Positions 54,434-64,000 of a stretch of DNA of 64,000 bases are shown piece after piece. Under the pieces are notes generated by a model. That model was not told where the DNA came from. It ran no database searches and saw only the letters and a list, made by a program, of their open reading frames with translations. The first letter of the stretch is position 1; each line of letters opens with the position of its first letter. A program made the translations under genes and the position numbers. The stretch spans positions 38,813 to 102,812 of the forward strand of contig JAZJZE010000002.1 of NCBI GenBank assembly GCA_040390065.1. Reading direction: 5' to 3'. Source of the DNA: a bacterium (GTDB taxonomy: Archaea; Thermoplasmatota; E2; JACPAO01; JAHFTW01).

Positions 54434-55192
54434 TCAGATAAAGGTTTGATCCGGCGCCTTCACGTTCGCCACCATCTCGGTGCGGCTCTGCGCGTTCTTG
54501 ATTTCCTTCTCGAGCGCCATGGCTTCCTTCAGGAGCGGCTTCGCGTCGACGGCGACGTCGGGCACCATGCGCGCGACGGCTTCGATGAGGGCTGCTGCTG
54601 CTCGGCCGTCGGGGTGGTCGCGGCTTGCTTCGACGAGGAGGCCGCCGGCTTTGACACCGCGGGCGGGGGCTTCGAGGAGGATCTGCGCGGTGATGCCGGC
54701 GATGAGGGCGCGTTCCATGGGCGGGATGCCGGCCTTGACGAGCATCTTGAGGACCTTCGCGTCGGCGGCCGCGGCGAAGACGTCGGGGATGTCGTCGCCC
54801 TCTGCTCGTCCCACGCCTTCGAGGACCAGGAGCATGTGCGCTTCGCCGCGGGCGGCCCAATGCATCACGGCTTCAGCGAGGTGGTTGAGGACGGGCGGCG
54901 GCAGCGCGAGTTCCGTGGTGACGACGTAGATGGACGGGCACTCCTTGCCGATCTTGCAGACGACTTCGCCGCCGAAGATGCGCACCGCGGATGTCACGAT
55001 TCCGTCCTGGATGGCGACGAGTCCGACGAGGTCAGGCAGGCGCAGGTGGCCGACGAGCGGCAGGCTGAGGTTGCGGATGAGGTACTGCGCCGCGATGGAG
55101 CCCGCCGAGCCCGTCGTGGGGAACGCGACGATGACGACGGAGCCCTTCAGGTTCACGTCGGCGAAGACCTCGACGGGTGATTCGGAGGGCAT
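54434..55192 (-). CDS. PAC2-family proteasome assembly chaperone
   Basis: VIVAFP..G..G.IAA.YL, G I.GIT..IL, PDGRAAA..IE, VD..PL..EA..LE. Confidence 0.85.
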   Translation of the reverse strand: MPSESPVEVFADVNLKGSVVIVAFPTTGSAGSIAAQYLIRNLSLPLVGHLRLPDLVGLVAIQDGIVTSAVRIFGGEVVCKIGKECPSIYVVTTELALPPPVLNHLAEAVMHWAARGEAHMLLVLEGVGRAEGDDIPDVFAAAADAKVLKMLVKAGIPPMERALIAGITAQILLEAPARGVKAGGLLVEASRDHPDGRAAAALIEAVARMVPDVAVDAKPLLKEAMALEKEIKNAQSRTEMVANVKAPDQTFI

Positions 55193-55403
55193 TGCCTGGC
55201 GGAGGCGGCCCTTGGTCTTGAGGGTGATGGCCGTGGCTGGCTGCGCAAGTTCCGTCCGTCAAGCTTGATGTAGATGCCGCCACGACGTCGTCGTGATGCC
55301 GGAACTCCCGCCTGCGAGCGACACCGCTCGGACCACCCGCCGGCCGCGTCCCGCCTTGCGCAGCCCGCGCCCTGCCGTCGGCCACGGGCGCCGGCCTTCG
55401 GCC

Positions 55404-55922
55404 ATGGACCGAGCAGGCCAGCCGGGCGTGCGTCCGGACGCGGCGCGACACTTCCACGCACAACTGCGTGCAGCGCTTGCTGCTGGAGCCAAACTCACGG
55501 CTGCAACCCTCGTCAAGGCGTTGCGCCAGGCGTACAGGGCATCGACGGATCCCGGTCGTGACCCGTTCGGCAAGGCGCTGCCCGACGCGCGCGCGTTGGC
55601 CAGCATCTACGCCGCATGGATGGAGACCATGGACCCTGACTTGTATTCGCAGGACACGCGCATCCTGAAGCACTTGGGCGACGCGGGATGGATCGAGGCC
55701 CTCATGATTGTCTCGGCGCAGCCGGCGGGACCTGGCCGGGCCGGCTTCTTCCAGCGCGGCACGATGGAGGCAACGGATTTCGTCATCGGCGACGGCACCT
55801 CCGTGCCGCAGCGCAACGACCTGGCCTGGCTGGGCGGTTTCGCGGCGGGGCTGCAAGGCCTGTCCGTCGGGCACGGGGCGCCCGTTGCGCCAGTGCCGCC
55901 GAGTTCGCGCCGCATCCGTTGA
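55404..55922 (+). CDS. Hypothetical protein
   Basis: Fills the gap with plausible codon usage; no recognised motif. Confidence 0.5.
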   Translation: MDRAGQPGVRPDAARHFHAQLRAALAAGAKLTAATLVKALRQAYRASTDPGRDPFGKALPDARALASIYAAWMETMDPDLYSQDTRILKHLGDAGWIEALMIVSAQPAGPGRAGFFQRGTMEATDFVIGDGTSVPQRNDLAWLGGFAAGLQGLSVGHGAPVAPVPPSSRRIR

Positions 55923-55978
55923 ACCTGCGACGGACAACAATGCGCTTGCCCAAGGAATGCCCAACGTTGGCCGGACGA

Positions 55979-57172
55979 CTATGTCCGAAGCATGCGCTCG
56001 GCCTTGCCCTGCAGGTCGTCGAGGGCGTTCTTGTAATTGATGAACGCAAGGTAGGGACTCGTGTACGGGGAGAAGTACGAGTGGATGTCCTGGTCGTTCA
56101 GGTTCTTGGTCGAGCAGTAGTACAGGTGGTCGCTCGTCTGGAGGCGCCGCCACGCCGTCGTCAAGGCCGGGTCGCGTGCCTGCCGGACGAGGTTGCCGAT
56201 GCCTGCGAGCTGGTCGAAGCAGTGGTGCTGCATGCGATTGTGCAGCCAGGCGGAGACGTCACGCTCCGTGTCGGCCCACGAGATGGCGCGCGGCACTTCC
56301 AGCGTGTCGACGGGCACATGGCGGGCGGCCACCTCGCGAGGCAGGGCGTACGACAGGTGGCCGTGCCGCGCCGTCTCCTTCGGGAGGTGTTCGAGGAACT
56401 GGAAGATGCCGGTCTCGGGCCATTGGTGTTCGCCGAAGGTCTCGTAGTCCATGAAGAGATTCACGGTCTCCCCCGGCGCTTTGGCGAGCCACGCGGCGTA
56501 CTTGTCGGCCGTCAGGGGGAAATCAGCCCAGCCGTGCGACGAGAAGCGGAAGGCCACGTCGTCGCTCAGGCGGTAGTTCTTGAGCAGGACGCGCAGGTTG
56601 CTGCCGGGCCGCGCGGGCCGGTACACATGGTTTGGCGAGCGCGCGCCGAGGATGTGGTCGGCGCCCTCCGTCAGCATGGCCGTGTAGCCGAGGGATTCGA
56701 CGGTGTCGGCGATGCGGTTGTCGTAGATGAGTTCCGTGTTGCGGAAGCTCGTGGGACGTTGCCCGAAGTGCCGCTCGATGGCACGGCGGTGCTCGGCCAC
56801 CTGTTCCTTCATCTCCTGCTGGTCGCCCCACAGGCCGGCCAACGAGTGGTAATGCGTCTCGTCGAGGAATTCGACATGACCCGTGCGCGCCAAGTCGCGG
56901 AAGGAGTCGAGGACGTCGGGCCGCTGCTCTTCGAGTTGGTCAAGAAGGACGCCGCTCAGGCTGTACGCGACGCGGAAGGCGCCATCGCTCTTGCGCACCA
57001 TCTCGGCGATGGCCGCGTTGGTGGGCAGGTAGCATTTCGTCGAGGCGCGGTCGAGGATCTCGCGGTTCTTCGCGTCGTCCCAATAATCCAATCCTTGGCG
57101 CGGGGAAAACGGGCGCAGCCGCCGCAATCGGTAAGGCTGGTGGACTTGGAAGTAGAGGCAGATGTCGGTCAT
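55979..57172 (-). CDS. GH57 alpha-amylase
   Basis: YFQVHQPYRL, KCYLPTN, ETHYHSLA, FRNTELIY, LSDDVAFRFS, FMDYETFGEH, LQTSDHLYY. Confidence 0.95.
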   Translation of the reverse strand: MTDICLYFQVHQPYRLRRLRPFSPRQGLDYWDDAKNREILDRASTKCYLPTNAAIAEMVRKSDGAFRVAYSLSGVLLDQLEEQRPDVLDSFRDLARTGHVEFLDETHYHSLAGLWGDQQEMKEQVAEHRRAIERHFGQRPTSFRNTELIYDNRIADTVESLGYTAMLTEGADHILGARSPNHVYRPARPGSNLRVLLKNYRLSDDVAFRFSSHGWADFPLTADKYAAWLAKAPGETVNLFMDYETFGEHQWPETGIFQFLEHLPKETARHGHLSYALPREVAARHVPVDTLEVPRAISWADTERDVSAWLHNRMQHHCFDQLAGIGNLVRQARDPALTTAWRRLQTSDHLYYCSTKNLNDQDIHSYFSPYTSPYLAFINYKNALDDLQGKAERMLRT

Positions 57173-58410
57173 GCTGCCACCTCGAGGATGGCGGCCGGCC
57201 CGGGAGCGTGCAACGCCAAGTGCGCGGCGACGGCCCCGAGCGGTGCCGGCGCCAACGGGGCTAGGCGGGTATACAGGTCCTTCGTGCGGGCGGCGCAGAG
57301 AGCCCAGGTGAAGCCCACGGCCTCCTTGGCACCGTTGCGGCCCATCTCTTCGCGCAGCGCGGCGTTGTCGACCAGGGCGATGATCATGCGGGCCATCTCG
57401 TCGACATCGTCATGGTCGGAGCGCAGGACGTGGTGCAGGGCTTCGCCGACGCCGCAGGAATGGCTGACGATGGTGGGCAAGCCCGTGGCCATCGCTTCGA
57501 GGACGCTGATGCCAAAGGGCTCGCTCACGCTAGGCAGGACGTACAAGCCGTGGTGTGCGTAGACGTCGGCCAAGTCGGCGTTGCCGACGAACCCCGTGAA
57601 CTGCACGCGATTGCCCATGCCGTGCTCGAGGGCATACTCGATGCATTCCCCCAGCATTTCGCCAGTGCCCGCCATGACGAACCGGGTGTCGGGGCGAATC
57701 TCCAGGACACGGCGGGCGGCGCGCAGGAACGACAGCGGGCCTTTCTGGCGGCTGAGGCGGCTCAGGAACAGGACGGGGCCCGGCGCCGTCGCGTAGTCGC
57801 GGTGGTCGGCGCTGCGGAACTTGCTTGCGTCGATGCCGTTGTGGATGGCCACGACCTTGCCGGGATCGATGCCATACTGCTGGACCAGCGCCTGCTTCGT
57901 GTAGCGGCTGACCGCGATGACCAGGTCGGCTTCTCGGACGCCCCGCCGTTCGATGTCGGCGATCCATTGCTGCGGGTGGAAGCCGGCGCTGCGGTCGGAC
58001 TCCATGCTGTGCATCGTCACGACGAGTGGCTTTCCCGTGCGCTCCTTGATGGCCAATGCGGCGGGGATTGTGATCCAGTCGTGGGCGTGCAGGACGTCGG
58101 CGTCGTGCGAGTCGAACGCCGCCACGAGCCGCTGGTTGTACAAGGCGACTGCATCGTTGAAGCCGCGATCATACTGCGCTTTTCCGCCGCCGTACGGTGA
58201 AATGGCTGCGTCAGCCTCGATCTCCTTGATGCGCAAGTGCTCGTGGTGGTCGGCCACGCGCAGGGAGCCCTCCAGCGTCGTCATGTGCGGCATGTAGAAG
58301 TCGATCGAGACGCCCTGGCGTGCGAGGTCCTGCGTGATCTCGAGGCAGTGGATGCCGAGCCCGCCAGAGATGAAGGGCGGGAACTCCCAGCCAAGCATGG
58401 CAACCTTCAT
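57169..58410 (-). CDS. GT4 glycogen/alpha-glucan synthase-like glycosyltransferase
   Basis: MKV.MLGWEFPP..SGGLG, HAHDW, QKGP..F, PSVSEPFGI..LEA. Confidence 0.92.
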   Translation of the reverse strand: MKVAMLGWEFPPFISGGLGIHCLEITQDLARQGVSIDFYMPHMTTLEGSLRVADHHEHLRIKEIEADAAISPYGGGKAQYDRGFNDAVALYNQRLVAAFDSHDADVLHAHDWITIPAALAIKERTGKPLVVTMHSMESDRSAGFHPQQWIADIERRGVREADLVIAVSRYTKQALVQQYGIDPGKVVAIHNGIDASKFRSADHRDYATAPGPVLFLSRLSRQKGPLSFLRAARRVLEIRPDTRFVMAGTGEMLGECIEYALEHGMGNRVQFTGFVGNADLADVYAHHGLYVLPSVSEPFGISVLEAMATGLPTIVSHSCGVGEALHHVLRSDHDDVDEMARMIIALVDNAALREEMGRNGAKEAVGFTWALCAARTKDLYTRLAPLAPAPLGAVAAHLALHAPGPAAILEVAA

Positions 58411-60320
58411 TGCGACGCCCCCTTTCCTGTGACGACGACCTGCGGGACGATATCGGCGGCGGGCAGCGGGCCGAGCTGGATGTGGCGTGTGTAGTCGTTG
58501 ACGGCTTCGATGAAGGTGCTGTGGCTCCACACGAGCGGCGTGACACTCGTGTGCTCGTCCGTCTCTGCGTCGATCTGCTCCGCAAGCAGATGCGTCGGGC
58601 CGGCCGTCGCCGCGCACCACTCGATGAGTTGCTTGCATCGGGCGCGGTTGCCCATGGCCAAGTGACACTGTGCAAGCCACAGCGTGCAGATGATCCAGGG
58701 ATTCTCCTTGCCGTAGTAGACGTCGCCTTCGTACCTTGCGATGCCGCCATGGGGCTTCGACCACAGGCGCGTCTCGACGGCTCGCACGACTTGGGCGTAG
58801 CGGGCGTCGTCGGGTGCGAGAAGGCCGCAGCGCAGGGCCAAGAGCGCCGACGCATCGATGGCTGCGTCCTGCGGGTCGATGCCTTTGAAGAACGTGTGCT
58901 TCGACGGGTTCCATAGATGCGCCAGGGCAGCGGCCTGCATGCGGTCTGCGGCCTGGACCCAGAACTCGGACCGCTTGGCAAGTGCCCGCCCGACTTGGGC
59001 GGCCGCGCGCAGACCTGCGATGACGGCGGCAACCGTGTACGCGTTGACGTTCTTCTTCTCTTCCCACAAGTCGAAGCTGGCCCGCGGGAGGCTGCGTTCG
59101 TCGACGAAGCCCATGAGGAAGTCGGCGCCCCGCCGGACAAGCTGCCAGGAACGCAGCAGTTCGTCGAGGTCACCAGTCACTTCGTAGTGGTGCCACACGG
59201 CCTCGACCACGCTCGCCGTCTGGTCGACTTGCAGAAACGGTGGAGGATGCCAGGTGGAGCCGAGGGTTCCATCTGGCAGGTGGCGGTGCAGGAACGAGCC
59301 GTCCTCTTCCTGGCACTGCGCGGCGAAGGCCAGAAACGCCAAGGCATTGCGGTGCAGGCCGACTTCGCTCATGGCGCGGCAGATGTACGCGCCGTCGCGC
59401 CACCAGTTGTAGGTGTAGGTGTCGCCGCCCCACTTGAGTGTTCGCGAGTCGGGCGAAGCGATGATGGCGCCGTTGGTCGCCTGGCAATCGTGCAGGACGT
59501 ACAGGCTGCGCCGGTACACGTGCCCGACCTGCGGTGACAGGTCACTCGCGACCGTGGCTTGCTTGTCTTGCGCCCAGTGGTTTCCGTAGCCGACCGTCTC
59601 GGCCAGGTACAGGGCTGGTTCGCGGCCGGCCAACCCCTTCGTGGCGGCGGTGACCTCGCGGCGCGAGCCGCCGATCACCATCATGAGGTGGACGGCGCGT
59701 TCCTGGCCGGGGGGGATCTCGAGGTTCCATTGCACGACGCTGTCTGCGGCGCCGTGGCTGATCGTGCCGCCCTGCAACGTGCCGTCCTCGGCGTCGACGT
59801 AGCTTCCCTTCAGGCCCTTGAGCGTGTGCTCGCCGCACGAGACTTGGTCGAAGTCGGGTTTGCCGCTCATCTGGAAGTAGAAGTTCCCCTTGTAGTGCGT
59901 GATGGTCTTCGTCTCGGGGTCCCAATACGCTGTGTCCTGGTACATCGAGCCCGCGATGTTGAGGCTCTGGTAGCGGAAGATGCGCATGCGCCTCGTCGTC
60001 GGGCCAGGGTTCCGCAACGCGATGCGGCGGATCACCAGGTCCAGGTTCGGATGCACCACGTCCTCCAACGTGACGTCGAGGCCCATGCGTCGCAGGCTCG
60101 TGCGGCATGCGTTGGAGTCCTCCAGGTAGTGCATGCCCGTGGGCAGTTCGCCTTCCTGGTCCACCCACGCAAACGCCTTCGTGGCCTCGTCGAAGAGGCC
60201 GACGCGGGCTCCTTGCAGTTGCTGATGCATGCCCGGCTGCGGGAAGTAGAGTTGGGCCCAAGAGCCGCGCTCGTCGATGGTGAGAAGGAGGCGCTGGTTG
60301 CCGCAAAGGAGCGCGATCAT
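58407..60320 (-). CDS. GH15 glucoamylase-like hydrolase
   Basis: NGAIIASPD, YTY.W.RDGA, Q.DQTA, SFDLWEE, GIARYEGD.Y, NPWIICTLW, LAEQ, PLVWSH. Confidence 0.95.
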   Translation of the reverse strand: MIALLCGNQRLLLTIDERGSWAQLYFPQPGMHQQLQGARVGLFDEATKAFAWVDQEGELPTGMHYLEDSNACRTSLRRMGLDVTLEDVVHPNLDLVIRRIALRNPGPTTRRMRIFRYQSLNIAGSMYQDTAYWDPETKTITHYKGNFYFQMSGKPDFDQVSCGEHTLKGLKGSYVDAEDGTLQGGTISHGAADSVVQWNLEIPPGQERAVHLMMVIGGSRREVTAATKGLAGREPALYLAETVGYGNHWAQDKQATVASDLSPQVGHVYRRSLYVLHDCQATNGAIIASPDSRTLKWGGDTYTYNWWRDGAYICRAMSEVGLHRNALAFLAFAAQCQEEDGSFLHRHLPDGTLGSTWHPPPFLQVDQTASVVEAVWHHYEVTGDLDELLRSWQLVRRGADFLMGFVDERSLPRASFDLWEEKKNVNAYTVAAVIAGLRAAAQVGRALAKRSEFWVQAADRMQAAALAHLWNPSKHTFFKGIDPQDAAIDASALLALRCGLLAPDDARYAQVVRAVETRLWSKPHGGIARYEGDVYYGKENPWIICTLWLAQCHLAMGNRARCKQLIEWCAATAGPTHLLAEQIDAETDEHTSVTPLVWSHSTFIEAVNDYTRHIQLGPLPAADIVPQVVVTGKGASQ

Positions 60321-61285
60321 CGCGCCACCTCCATGGCCGTCGTTGCAACGGCCGCCGGGCCGGTGACGTAGGACGTGGCGACGCGGTGGGCCAAGGCCAG
60401 CCGTTCCCGGTCGCCGAGGTCGAGGAGATAGCCGGCGACGTTGCCGGCGTTCCACGCGTCACCAGCGCCCGTCAAGCGCCGCGCGGGGGCGCGACCTGCC
60501 GGGACCTTCACGGCTGTTTGGCCCGTGACGCTTGCGGCCCACTTCCGGTTGTGCAGGTCGATGCGGATCCCCAGTTCCTCGGCGAGGCCCTGCGCGTCCT
60601 GGAGCGTCGAACCGCCCGTGAAGGCGTCGAGTTCGTTGTCGTTCATGCCCATGCTGCCGACGCCCTTCCATGCGGACTTGTCGCGGCGCAAGGCCGCCAC
60701 GTCCGGCCCCCTGTGCCGCACGTCCCCCGGGTCGACGTAGAGGAAGATGCCGCAGGCGTCGAGCCGGGCGGACAGCGCGCGAAGAAGGGCGGTGCCGCGC
60801 TGGTTCTGGGCCCAGTTCACGACGGCGACGAGGTCGGCCGATTCGATGCGCTGCCAGTCCTGCTTCGTGAGTTGTCCGGGACCGAACTCTTGCAAGGGGC
60901 CGGCATGACTCAGCATCACGTTTGAGCGTCCGAACTCCAAGGCCAGGCTGGCCGAGCCCTTGGAGCCGACGCGCACACCATCGGTGCGCAGACGCGTGCC
61001 GGCGGCCGCGCGTTGCAGAAGGCTGTTTCCAAGCTCGTCCGTCTGCGCGACCAGGTCCACCTGCGCGCCCAGATGGGCGAGGGCCACGGCGAGGTTGGCC
61101 GCATTGCCGCCAAGCTTGAACTCGATGGGAGGGACGGGAAGGTTGCCGCCGCCGCGGCCGGCGATGGCCCCGAGCCGGCGGGAGGCCGTTGCCCATGGCG
61201 GAAGGAAGGCCAAGGCATCGACGTAGAGGTCGGGCAGGATGACGGCGCGCTTGCGGCGCAGCGGGGACAGGGATGGGGTGGACAT
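60317..61285 (-). CDS. PfkB-family carbohydrate kinase
   Basis: GGNAANLA.ALA.LG, N.NE, TGAGDAWNAG. Confidence 0.9.
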   Translation of the reverse strand: MSTPSLSPLRRKRAVILPDLYVDALAFLPPWATASRRLGAIAGRGGGNLPVPPIEFKLGGNAANLAVALAHLGAQVDLVAQTDELGNSLLQRAAAGTRLRTDGVRVGSKGSASLALEFGRSNVMLSHAGPLQEFGPGQLTKQDWQRIESADLVAVVNWAQNQRGTALLRALSARLDACGIFLYVDPGDVRHRGPDVAALRRDKSAWKGVGSMGMNDNELDAFTGGSTLQDAQGLAEELGIRIDLHNRKWAASVTGQTAVKVPAGRAPARRLTGAGDAWNAGNVAGYLLDLGDRERLALAHRVATSYVTGPAAVATTAMEVAR

Positions 61286-61358
61286 GATGACGGGCCTGGG
61301 ATCGAGGTGCGGGAAGAATACGGGAAAAGGCGGCGCGCAACGTTGGCGTTCGGCGGAC

Positions 61359-61664
61359 CTACGGGTGGGCCATGACGGGCCTGCGGCTAGCGGCCTGCGA
61401 CATCACGGCCGGCAACAGGTACACTACGTGGCTGGAGCGCCACATGGCGAGGCCGCGCTCTTCCGCGTTCTGCCGCAGGAGCTGGACGCCGCGCTGCTCG
61501 CTCAGGGCGGCTTTCATGAGCGTGGCGGAGCGCAGGCAGGGCAGGCACATAGTGAGGATGTCCGGTGCGCCTTCCTTGTCGAGTTGGACGCTTGGCGCCT
61601 TGGCCGCGTGGCAATATGCGCACACGGGGCCGGGGTGGTTGATGGGCGAAGGGGTGGCGGACAT
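61359..61664 (-). CDS. Small putative zinc-finger protein (CAYC...CLPC)
   Basis: Two CxxC motifs; co-oriented between the receiver genes and pfkB. Confidence 0.5.
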   Translation of the reverse strand: MSATPSPINHPGPVCAYCHAAKAPSVQLDKEGAPDILTMCLPCLRSATLMKAALSEQRGVQLLRQNAEERGLAMWRSSHVVYLLPAVMSQAASRRPVMAHP

Positions 61665-61764
61665 AGAGCACGTTCCGGCGGTGGCCAGAGGGTGGTGTAA
61701 TGCCGCTTGCCTCTTACCGCCGCTGTGAGACGAACATGTGCGCGTAGTCGGATTCAACGGGGCG

Positions 61765-62226
61765 CTACGTGTGGGCCGCGACAGCACCAAGCGTGTCGGC
61801 CGGGAACAGGACGGCGCGGACGGCGACGACAAGCGCATGCGGGCCCAGTCCTTTCGAGACGAACGAGGCGACCTTGGCTTCCCGGCGCGCCCGGTTCTCG
61901 AGTTCCGGGACGGGACCCGGGAAGGCCGTGACGAGGATGCGTTTCGCCTCAGGCCGCAAGACCAGGCACCGGCTCAGCAATCCGATGCCATCCATCTCCG
62001 GCATCCGGTAGTCGGCGACGATGAGGTCGACATCGTTCAACATCGTCAAGGCAGCCGCACCAGACGCTGCGGTCCTGATGGTGATGCCAGGAAGCGATTG
62101 CTCCAGCAGGTCGCGGAAGCTTTCCAGCACGTCCGGCTCGTCATCGACGATGAGGATCACGCGGGGGCTTGCCTGCGCCTTTGCCGCCTTCATGGCCGGC
62201 GTAGCCGGCACGCTGCCGATCGTCAT
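61765..62226 (-). CDS. Stand-alone response regulator receiver
   Basis: ILIVDDE, DLIVADYRMPEMDG, LVTA, FVSK. Confidence 0.92.
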   Translation of the reverse strand: MTIGSVPATPAMKAAKAQASPRVILIVDDEPDVLESFRDLLEQSLPGITIRTAASGAAALTMLNDVDLIVADYRMPEMDGIGLLSRCLVLRPEAKRILVTAFPGPVPELENRARREAKVASFVSKGLGPHALVVAVRAVLFPADTLGAVAAHT

Positions 62227-62267
62227 GGGCTGTCCTCGGTTTGTGCCATGTCACGCACGCCAGCGCT

Positions 62268-62801
62268 CTAGCGCCCCGAGCCGGCAAACAGGGCGTCGGC
62301 CCTCTTGTTGGCCAGGAACGGCTCGGGCCCTTCCTTGCTCTCCTCGCTGGGCGTGGACGGGCTGTAGCGCAGGAGTGCTTCGACCTTGTGGACGGTCTGG
62401 GCAGGTGTCAGGTTCTTGGCGAGGAAGTCGCTGACGACGGCCTCGGCAACGGCGCGCTGGGCCAACGTCTTGTCGGCGAATGCGGTGAACATCATGCGCG
62501 GCAATTGCGGACGCATGCGGCGGACCTGGACGAGGAACTCGATGCCGTCCATTCCCGGCATCTTGTGGTCGGACATGACAAGGTCGACGCGTTCGCGCTC
62601 CAGGATCTCGAGGCCCAACCTGCCGGATGAGGCGGCCAGGACCTTGGTGCCGGGAAGGGATTGCTCGAGAAGCTCGGTCAGGCTGTTGCGCACGTCGAGT
62701 TCGTCGTCGACGACCAGGATGATCCAGGGTCGGGGCGGCGGTCCCGCGGCGGGGTTCGATGCGTTCGGCGTAGCGGCAGGCGCTGGTGGGTTTGCGGTCA
62801 T
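62268..62801 (-). CDS. Stand-alone response regulator receiver
   Basis: ILVVDDE, DLVMSDHKMPGMDG, MFTA, FLAK. Confidence 0.92.
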   Translation of the reverse strand: MTANPPAPAATPNASNPAAGPPPRPWIILVVDDELDVRNSLTELLEQSLPGTKVLAASSGRLGLEILERERVDLVMSDHKMPGMDGIEFLVQVRRMRPQLPRMMFTAFADKTLAQRAVAEAVVSDFLAKNLTPAQTVHKVEALLRYSPSTPSEESKEGPEPFLANKRADALFAGSGR

Positions 62802-64000
62802 GGCTTGTTCTCCTTGGGGATCGGATCCTTGCTTGTCTCGTGTGAGGGGGCATTCCACCCGGCACTTGGTCGGCCGGGCTCGGGAGTCGTGGCGGCACGC
62901 GCAGCGTCCTTCGGAAGGCGGAACCAGAACGTGGCCCCCTCGCCCTTGCCCCGGCTGTGGGCGCCAATCTGGCCGCCGTGCAGTTCGACGAATTCCTTGC
63001 AGATGTACAGACCGAGGCCGGATCCAGGAGCCGTGACTTGGGCCGTGTCGTGCACTTGCACGAACGGGCTGAAGAGCCGCGGCAGGTCTTCCTCGGCGAT
63101 TCCTAGCCCGCTATCGGTGACTGCAATCTGGACGTCGGCACCTTCATCCACCAGGCCAAGGGAAATGCGCCCACCCTTGGGCGTGAACTTGAAGGCATTG
63201 CTTAGTAGGTTGGCAAGGACTTGCGAGATGCGCTTCGGGTCCGCCGCGATCGTCATCCCCGCGCCACGTTCGACGAGGAACGTGATGTCGCGAGCCTTGG
63301 CCATCTCGTCGTAAGCCTCGGCGGCCTCGCCCAAGACCTTGGTGAGGTCGATGGCTTGGTGCTCGATGCCCTGCCGTCCGGCTTGCGACCTGGCGGCGGT
63401 GAGAAGGTCCTCGACGAGTGCTCCGAGCCGCTCCAGGTTTCTCTCCATGACGACGAGCGCCTTCTGCTGGGCCGGCGCCGGGGGCGTCGTGGCGCTGTGA
63501 AGAAGCAGGTGGACCTGGGTGCGCAGCGGCATGAGGGGCGTCCACAGTTCGTGGGCGGCCGTGTTGATGAACTGCGTCTTGAAGCGGTTGACTTCCTGCA
63601 GCCGGGCCATCTCCTGCGAGCGTTCGTGGGCTTCGCGGCGTTCCCTCTCGGCCGAGCGGAGGACGGTGACGTCGCGTTCGGTCGTGGCGATGGCGACGAT
63701 TCTGCCTTTCTCGTCCAGAAGTTTGGTGGTCGTGAGCCAGACGTCGAGAATGCGGCCGTCCTTGGTGCGGCGCTGCGTCTCGAGCGATGCAACCACCTGG
63801 CCGGTTTCCGCTTGCCGGAGAAGGTCGAGGGCCTGTTCGCGGCGATCCTCTGGCACGGTGTCGCGGATGTTCATGTGGAGGGCCTCGGCCTCGGTGTAGC
63901 CGTACATGGCGTGCGCGGCCTTGTTCCAGGCGGTGATCTTGCCATCGAGGCTCTGGATGGTGATTGCGTCGTTGGAGTCGGCGACGACCGACGCCAGCCG
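62798..64000 (-). CDS. PAS-domain sensor histidine kinase (5' end outside the window)
   Basis: Frame open from 64000 (RLASVVADSNDAI..WN.AA..MYGY PAS); AHELWTP H-box, NLLSNAFKFT, DSGLGI, GSGLGL. Confidence 0.95.
   Translation of the reverse strand, partial: RLASVVADSNDAITIQSLDGKITAWNKAAHAMYGYTEAEALHMNIRDTVPEDRREQALDLLRQAETGQVVASLETQRRTKDGRILDVWLTTTKLLDEKGRIVAIATTERDVTVLRSAERERREAHERSQEMARLQEVNRFKTQFINTAAHELWTPLMPLRTQVHLLLHSATTPPAPAQQKALVVMERNLERLGALVEDLLTAARSQAGRQGIEHQAIDLTKVLGEAAEAYDEMAKARDITFLVERGAGMTIAADPKRISQVLANLLSNAFKFTPKGGRISLGLVDEGADVQIAVTDSGLGIAEEDLPRLFSPFVQVHDTAQVTAPGSGLGLYICKEFVELHGGQIGAHSRGKGEGATFWFRLPKDAARAATTPEPGRPSAGWNAPSHETSKDPIPKENKP

Overview
High-GC archaeal DNA, inferred to be from a non-halophilic Thermoplasmatota-type lineage. 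Archaeal markers are a 7S SRP RNA, eL41, cdrS-ftsZ2, NOB1, a PAC2 chaperone, a COG1340 coiled-coil protein and a PGF-CTERM surface protein; there are also many thrombospondin type-3 repeat proteins. Layout: (1) 1-14 kb, a cluster of large Cys-rich surface proteins; (2) 14-31 kb, housekeeping and RNA genes (ncsA, cdrS-ftsZ2, UDG, SRP RNA, ArsA/GET3-like, Trm9-like, prs, eL41, tRNA-Trp) mixed with lipoproteins; (3) 31-45 kb, a two-armed surface-glycan locus (GT-C-like membrane protein, GT2/GT4 enzymes, two FG-GAP propeller paralogues, and a flippase-GT2-AlkP-nucleotidyltransferase module); (4) 45-55 kb, rnhA, uvrB, a histone-H1-like protein, NOB1, PrsW, mdh and PAC2; (5) 56-64 kb, a pfkB-GH15-GT4-GH57 alpha-glucan operon downstream of a PAS kinase and two receiver domains. 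The clearest unusual signal is that the SRP RNA gene sits inside a canonical bulge-helix-bulge processing stem, which predicts splicing-endonuclease excision and probably circularisation. Several non-coding repeat families occupy the intergenic gaps. No CRISPR array, rRNA or transposase was seen. All family calls come from motif recognition by eye, and start codons are best guesses.
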